Assembly (NCBI GenBank): GCA_035447925.1
Contig: DAOTHY010000003.1
Span: 1,474 to 65,473 of the forward strand
Direction: 5' to 3'
Source: Thermotogota bacterium
GTDB taxonomy: Bacteria; Thermotogota; Thermotogae; MWEM01
Length of the DNA stretch: 64,000 bases
Part shown: positions 59,479 through 64,000 of the stretch, one piece after another
How positions within the stretch are numbered: the first letter of the stretch is position 1
Layout of the letters: each line of letters opens with the position of its first letter
Notes under the pieces: model-generated
What the model was told of the DNA's origin: nothing
The model's input: the letters and a program-made list of their open reading frames with translations, nothing else
The model's database searches: none
Program-made: the position numbers and the translations under genes

Positions 59479-59736
59479 TTATACGGGACTTTTGCGTCTT
59501 AAGTAATCTTTGACAGCATCATTTGTGAACTCCTGTACACTTTTTCCCTCGATTTTCGCCAGTTCTTTCAATACAGCCCAGTCTTTATCATCCAAATTCA
59601 ATTTGATGATCATAATTTTGCCTTCGTTCATTTCGCTCATCCACTTGTTGATATCCTTTAGGTTGTCTTTGATATTTTCGTTGATGATATTTTCAAAATC
59701 CTTCTCAAAATTATAATGATTTTTCTTCATCTTCAA
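59479..59736 (-). CDS. small ribbon-helix-helix/BrnA-like putative DNA-binding protein
   Basis: 85 aa; C-terminal IKLNLDDKDWAVLKELAKIEGKSVQEFTNDAVKDYL resembles RHH/BrnA-type antitoxin-like folds. Overlaps the upstream DUF4097 gene by 26 nt. Confidence 0.4.
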   Translation of the reverse strand: MKMKKNHYNFEKDFENIINENIKDNLKDINKWMSEMNEGKIMIIKLNLDDKDWAVLKELAKIEGKSVQEFTNDAVKDYLRRKSPV

Positions 59737-60910
59737 CCACGGTCCTTTCTGATTGCGAGTTTGTATCTTTATGTGTGTGATGGTTCTGCTCGTTTACTTC
59801 GGCTCGCATCTGTTCAATAAGCAGATTAATATGCTCTTCATCATATTCCAGAATCGTAAGCATTTCTTTGGCTTCTTCTAATGTGATGATACCTTGAAGA
59901 TAGGTGTAAACGATTCTTTCAGCATCTGGGTCATGTTTGGATGTTTTTTCTTCCGGGATTTTTTCAGTTGTTGTCTGTGTGGCACTTTCATCAGTTTTAA
60001 AGATTAAATCACCTGAAACAGTTTTTGCGTTGATTTGGCCGCCTGCGCCATTTCCGAAAATAAACTCGTTTTTTCCTTTATTCGTAGGCTGTCTTTGTTT
60101 AAAAAAAGCATCACCCGATACGCTGACAAAACTCACATTGGCATCAACAGGGGTTGTAAGGATATTGATATCCCCACTCACGGTATGGGTGTTCCAGGAT
60201 ACTTTTGGGTTGATGTTTTTGATCATGATATCCCCACTGACGGTTACAATCTTTGATAAAGTCGGAAGATTTCTAACTGCCACATCACCACTGACGTTAT
60301 TGACTGACAGGTATTGCACTGTTGGAGAAATATGGTCGATTTTGATATCACCTGATTTATCCGAACAGATTAATTGATTCACATCGACATCAAAAGAAGA
60401 AATATCGCCACTGAGCGAAGAAAAATTGCAATTTGATTTAGCTTGGATTTTTTGTGCTTTCAGATCGCCGGATTTTGTTGAGATGGTCAGTTCGTCGCAT
60501 TGGGTATCATCGCATTGAATATCACCGGATGTTGATGACAGGTTGAGAAGCTCACCCTTTATTTTTGATGTTTTAATCGACCCTGAAACCGTACTGATGG
60601 AGATCTTTTTTAGTGTATCCACCGGCAAATATATTTTTGCTTTGTATAAACTGCCAACTGAAGTGTTGATCGTAATGCCAAAGAATTTGACGATGTTACT
60701 TTTATCATCAAATCGGATGATGAGCTTTTGATCAATTCTGACTACCTCAACATCGCAATCTTCTTTTTCCCATATGACATCCCAGGACATTTCAGAAACA
60801 GGTTCTTGGACGCCTTCTAATTCAAAATCACCACCTACAGTGGAGATAACGATTTCTTCGATACCGGTTAAATCTGTTTTTCCTTTTTTTTGATAAAAAG
60901 ACATGTTCAT
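59711..60910 (-). CDS. DUF4097-family (LiaG/YvlB-like) beta-helix 'putative adhesin' protein
   Basis: Repeated SGDI/SGDV beta-helix rungs (VSGDIN, KSGDIK, TSGDIQ...). C-terminal G.IT.EEA.EML SHOCT-like motif. Confidence 0.7.
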   Translation of the reverse strand: MNMSFYQKKGKTDLTGIEEIVISTVGGDFELEGVQEPVSEMSWDVIWEKEDCDVEVVRIDQKLIIRFDDKSNIVKFFGITINTSVGSLYKAKIYLPVDTLKKISISTVSGSIKTSKIKGELLNLSSTSGDIQCDDTQCDELTISTKSGDLKAQKIQAKSNCNFSSLSGDISSFDVDVNQLICSDKSGDIKIDHISPTVQYLSVNNVSGDVAVRNLPTLSKIVTVSGDIMIKNINPKVSWNTHTVSGDINILTTPVDANVSFVSVSGDAFFKQRQPTNKGKNEFIFGNGAGGQINAKTVSGDLIFKTDESATQTTTEKIPEEKTSKHDPDAERIVYTYLQGIITLEEAKEMLTILEYDEEHINLLIEQMRAEVNEQNHHTHKDTNSQSERTVVEDEEKSL

Positions 60911-60918
60911 TCACCCCT

Positions 60919-61128
60919 TCAAGCAATTAAGGTTTTTATCAACCAAATTAATCCAGCCACAGCAAGAATAATGATTAAAACAGGTAAGAATACCACCAAT
61001 ATACCCGCAAAGATTAATCCTACCAATACCACAGCACCAATTGCAACGAGAATGCCAATTATGGCTGGGAACATTTTAAAGGCCAAGATGATTAAAAAAA
61101 CGGCTCCGAGAACAGATAGAATACTCAT
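60919..61128 (-). CDS. small hydrophobic membrane protein (2 TM)
   Basis: 69 aa, almost entirely hydrophobic. Sits between the DUF2089 and DUF4097 genes with a 4-nt overlap. Confidence 0.5.
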   Translation of the reverse strand: MSILSVLGAVFLIILAFKMFPAIIGILVAIGAVVLVGLIFAGILVVFLPVLIIILAVAGLIWLIKTLIA

Positions 61129-61514
61129 TTCTTCTCTTCCTTTTTGAGTGCTCTCAACATTTCCATGGCGTCTTTTGAACTGATTTCGCCGTTTTCCAGC
61201 ATATCCAAAATCTTTTGTGATTCACTTCTCTCGGGTTGTGCACCTTCGTAGCCCATGGTTCGGACGATGTCCTCTAATCTGTTTCTCGCCGTTGGATAGG
61301 AGATTTCGAGTTCTTTTTGTACCTCGGAAAGATTACCCCTGTTTTTAATAAAAACTTTGGCAAAAAAAAGTTGATCTTCTGATAATTTAAATAATTCGTC
61401 CAGTTCGAATTTTCCATTCACCGTCGTCCCGCAATTACCGCATTTATATTCTGAGATATATAATTGATGCTGGCAAGCAGGGCATTTGGTTAAAGTTTTT
61501 CTCATTATATTCAC
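61125..61514 (-). CDS. DUF2089-family zinc-ribbon/HTH protein
   Basis: CPACQHQL...CGNCGTT zinc ribbon, GNLSEVQKELEISYPTARNRLE HTH, and a C-terminal SHOCT-like tail. Confidence 0.7.
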   Translation of the reverse strand: MNIMRKTLTKCPACQHQLYISEYKCGNCGTTVNGKFELDELFKLSEDQLFFAKVFIKNRGNLSEVQKELEISYPTARNRLEDIVRTMGYEGAQPERSESQKILDMLENGEISSKDAMEMLRALKKEEKK

Positions 61515-61724
61515 CTTCTTTCGTTATATGTGAATATTATACAGTATAAAATTATATATGTCAAGTTCAAACGCAAAAATATTAATGTGAAAATGAATAT
61601 TATTAAGTATAAAATCAAAAAAATTTATTTTTAAGAAGAGTTGGGTTTTACGAATGAAGTGCAATAGCCCGATTGGGCTATGGATGGAAAAAATGATGAA
61701 AGGGTTTTGAATTTTGAATAGTAG

Positions 61725-63143
61725 TTAAAGTGCAAATGTGAAGTCTTTAGTTGCATTGGCTATTTGAAACTGAAGAATACTATTGCGAATGCTTTCAAAC
61801 TTTAATTCGGCTGTTTTTCCAATTTGATATTCAATGAACCTTTTTTTGTCTTTCAGTGTTTTGATATCTTCGATCTTTCTGGATGAAAATGGTGTTCCGG
61901 GTTTTGGGATAAGTGGGTTTAGACTGATTCTGATATCAGTTATTCCAAACTGAATCGCTTTTTCTGTTATTTGAGCAATGGCATAAAAATCACTTTCATC
62001 CTCTTCTTCAAGCCCATAAATAAAATACATTTTCAGCTTTTTCAATCCAGTCTCCGAGATCAGTTTGAGACTGTGTTCAATATCCGCCTGTGAAATTTGT
62101 TTGTTCATGATATCTCTTATTTTCTGGCTGCCACCTTCCGGTGCAATTGTAATTTCTCTTTGTCCACTTCTTATCAGCCCTTCTATTAATTTTTTGGACA
62201 GGGAATCCAATCTTAGGGAGGAAACGGAAAAGCGTATGCCGTTATCTTCCAATAAATCCAGTATTTGTTCTTTTTGAGGATGATCGGTAAATGTTGCAGA
62301 GATTAATCCGCAGTCGTTATAGCCTTTTTCCTTGATCTCATCAAAAATCTGTTTGATCGCATTGATTTTTACGAACCTGGCAGGACTTCTGGTGTGTCCG
62401 GCGATGCAAAAAGAGCATTTCCTCAAACACCCTCTGCCGATTTCCAATAGTACTTTATTGGGAAAGACCGAATGTTTACTTAGAAAAAGTGACACAGCCG
62501 GATCATCAGTCAGTTGGAATGATTTGGCAATGATAGATGATTGATGGTTTAATGGCGGAATTGAGAGGTTTTCAATTGTTTTTAAACTCTTTAGTATGAG
62601 TGTCCTGTTTCTTTTTGACCGAAAAGACTCCAGTAGATTGTTCATCATTTCCGGTAGGTGATCTTCAGCATCTCCTTGAAAGATTAAATCAACATATTGC
62701 CAAAGGGCATTCGGGTTAAAATAAGTGACTGCTCCGCCAAGAAGGATTAAAGGGTGATGGTCTGTTCTCTGAGTAGCGATTAGCGGTATCTTTTTTTGGT
62801 TCAAAATATGGATGACATTAATGAAATCCATTTCAAAGGATACTGAAAAAGCCCAAATGCGGAATTCATCTAACGGCCTGAATGTATCTAGAGAATAATA
62901 TTTCGAGAACTTACTGTCATAGTAAAACCTCTCACATTGAATGCCATCGAGAGTGTTAAGGAGTTCAAAAACCTTGTGAAATCCCAGATTTGAAATTGCG
63001 GTACCGTAATCCGATGGAAAGATCAACGCCACTTTCAAATCTTTCTCTGAAAAAATTAGCGATCTGAATGGTTTTTCAGATCGCTTTGTATTCTCGACGA
63101 TCCGAAACTCTCTTAGGTCTTCATTATTTCGAGGCCTTCTCAA
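61725..63143 (-). CDS. B12-binding-like/radical SAM protein (TIGR03960-like uncharacterised rSAM family)
   Basis: N-terminal B12-binding-like domain (KVALIFPSDYGTA), CxxxCxxC radical-SAM motif (GCLRKCSFC), and a C-terminal extension. Confidence 0.7.
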   Translation of the reverse strand: MRRPRNNEDLREFRIVENTKRSEKPFRSLIFSEKDLKVALIFPSDYGTAISNLGFHKVFELLNTLDGIQCERFYYDSKFSKYYSLDTFRPLDEFRIWAFSVSFEMDFINVIHILNQKKIPLIATQRTDHHPLILLGGAVTYFNPNALWQYVDLIFQGDAEDHLPEMMNNLLESFRSKRNRTLILKSLKTIENLSIPPLNHQSSIIAKSFQLTDDPAVSLFLSKHSVFPNKVLLEIGRGCLRKCSFCIAGHTRSPARFVKINAIKQIFDEIKEKGYNDCGLISATFTDHPQKEQILDLLEDNGIRFSVSSLRLDSLSKKLIEGLIRSGQREITIAPEGGSQKIRDIMNKQISQADIEHSLKLISETGLKKLKMYFIYGLEEEDESDFYAIAQITEKAIQFGITDIRISLNPLIPKPGTPFSSRKIEDIKTLKDKKRFIEYQIGKTAELKFESIRNSILQFQIANATKDFTFAL

Positions 63144-63144
63144 A

Positions 63145-63576
63145 TTATAATCGTTTCTCTTCTATTTTTCGTCGGATGTAATCAGCTGAAATGATTACTC
63201 TGATTATTTCTCCTTGAGCGATGGGTTCCATTTCATCATAGGCGTTAAAACGAAAATGGATGTGATTGCCTTCCACTGATGTGATCTTTATCTTGATCGT
63301 TACTCTCATGGAAACCGGTGTGATGCCAAAATGCTTGATGTTTGATGAGACAACGGCTGCAATGATATTTTCACCCAGGATTCGTTTCAGCATTTCCTCT
63401 GAGAATTCAAAGACTTTAGCCATCAATTCTCTGGTTGCTAATACTGAAAAGGTTTTAACAACTGCATTCTCTTTCCAAATCTGCTCAGGGGTGACTTGAA
63501 ATTGCGTCGTTTCTTCACGTGTTTCAAGAAAACTGTAGGTGCGGTTGATGATAGACACTGTTAACCTCCTAATCAA
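63145..63576 (-). CDS. hotdog-fold thioesterase-family protein
   Basis: Pattern VLATRELMAKVFEFSEE...GITPVSMRVTIKI...VEGNHIHFRFNAYDE matches the 4HBT/FlK-like hotdog layout. Confidence 0.55.
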   Translation of the reverse strand: MIRRLTVSIINRTYSFLETREETTQFQVTPEQIWKENAVVKTFSVLATRELMAKVFEFSEEMLKRILGENIIAAVVSSNIKHFGITPVSMRVTIKIKITSVEGNHIHFRFNAYDEMEPIAQGEIIRVIISADYIRRKIEEKRL

Positions 63577-64000
63577 TTTCTTCTTGATATGAGTAGCATT
63601 CTCAGTAACTGTGAGATCGCCATCAATGTTGATGCCACGTAGGTCATGGCCGCAGCGCTTAATACTTTTTTGGCCATCATTTGTTCTTTGGAATCAAGTA
63701 TATGCTGATTTTGAATCATATCCAACGCCCTGCTGCTGGCGTTGAATTCTACCGGTAATGTGATGATGGAAAAAACAACAACGGCTAAAAAAAGCCAAAT
63801 ACCAATGTTGATTAAGAGTGGTGTGGAAAGGAGAAGTCCGGCGAAAAAAATGATCCATGAAAAGGAGGAACCGAATTGTGCTACCGGGATAAATGCGTTT
63901 CTGATTTTCAAGGGAGCATAATGATTCTTATGTTGGATGGCATGTCCTATTTCATGCGCAACCACTCCCAGGCTTGCCACTGAATCGCTGGAAAAAGTCG
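63573..64000 (-). CDS. membrane zinc metallopeptidase (YugP/COG2738-like), partial - N-terminus beyond right edge
   Basis: HEIGHAIQH zinc motif followed by a C-terminal TM region. The reading frame continues to the window end. Confidence 0.65.
   Translation of the reverse strand, partial: TFSSDSVASLGVVAHEIGHAIQHKNHYAPLKIRNAFIPVAQFGSSFSWIIFFAGLLLSTPLLINIGIWLFLAVVVFSIITLPVEFNASSRALDMIQNQHILDSKEQMMAKKVLSAAAMTYVASTLMAISQLLRMLLISRRN

Noticed and set aside
1-64000. Searched by eye for CRISPR repeats, tRNA/rRNA genes, transposases, integrases and phage genes
   Set aside because: I found no regularly spaced direct repeats, no cloverleaf-like GC-rich 75-90 nt segments in intergenic gaps, and no recognisable mobile-element proteins. 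The window looks like stable chromosomal backbone.

Overview
This is a 64 kb chromosomal window from a low-GC anaerobe with about 63 protein-coding genes. Gene content points to an anaerobe with an outer membrane: rubredoxin, flavodiiron protein and desulfoferrodoxin, indolepyruvate:ferredoxin oxidoreductase, a GH57 glucanotransferase, KamA, and Lnt with a SurA-like PPIase and an O-antigen-ligase-like protein. I found no rRNA, tRNA, CRISPR array, IS element or phage genes, so most of the window is ordinary core metabolism.

Core blocks are glnA/psuG, trxB with a two-CxxC thioredoxin-fold protein, the rd-fprA-dfx oxidative-stress operon, iorAB, and hpf-rng-GH57-pnp-M16 peptidase.

The most notable item is a protein (53403..54206) that fuses a ribosomal-protein-L9 N-terminal domain to a Zc3h12a/NYN-type ribonuclease domain.

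Other items worth a second look:
- A kdd-like dehydrogenase, a PreA-like flavin/FeS reductase and a ThrC-like enzyme form a translationally coupled trio. It sits at the end of an 11 kb envelope-biogenesis gene string (plsX, DegT, lnt, Wzy-like, SurA-like).
- kamA overlaps a downstream unknown P-loop gene, with a split LysO lysine exporter and the kdd-like gene elsewhere in the window.
- A 2-oxoacid:ferredoxin oxidoreductase beta/gamma pair sits next to iorAB with no alpha subunit.
- Two tandem HD-GYP genes are followed by an alkaline-phosphatase-superfamily gene.
- A DUF2089 / small membrane protein / DUF4097 / RHH-like module lies on the minus strand.
- Two minus-strand small ORFs with strong Shine-Dalgarno sites sit downstream of a GGDEF gene.
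- A TIGR03960-like radical SAM enzyme is linked to a hotdog thioesterase and a zinc metallopeptidase.

The 53-aa rubredoxin gene at 23854..24012 is absent from the supplied ORF track because it is shorter than 60 aa.
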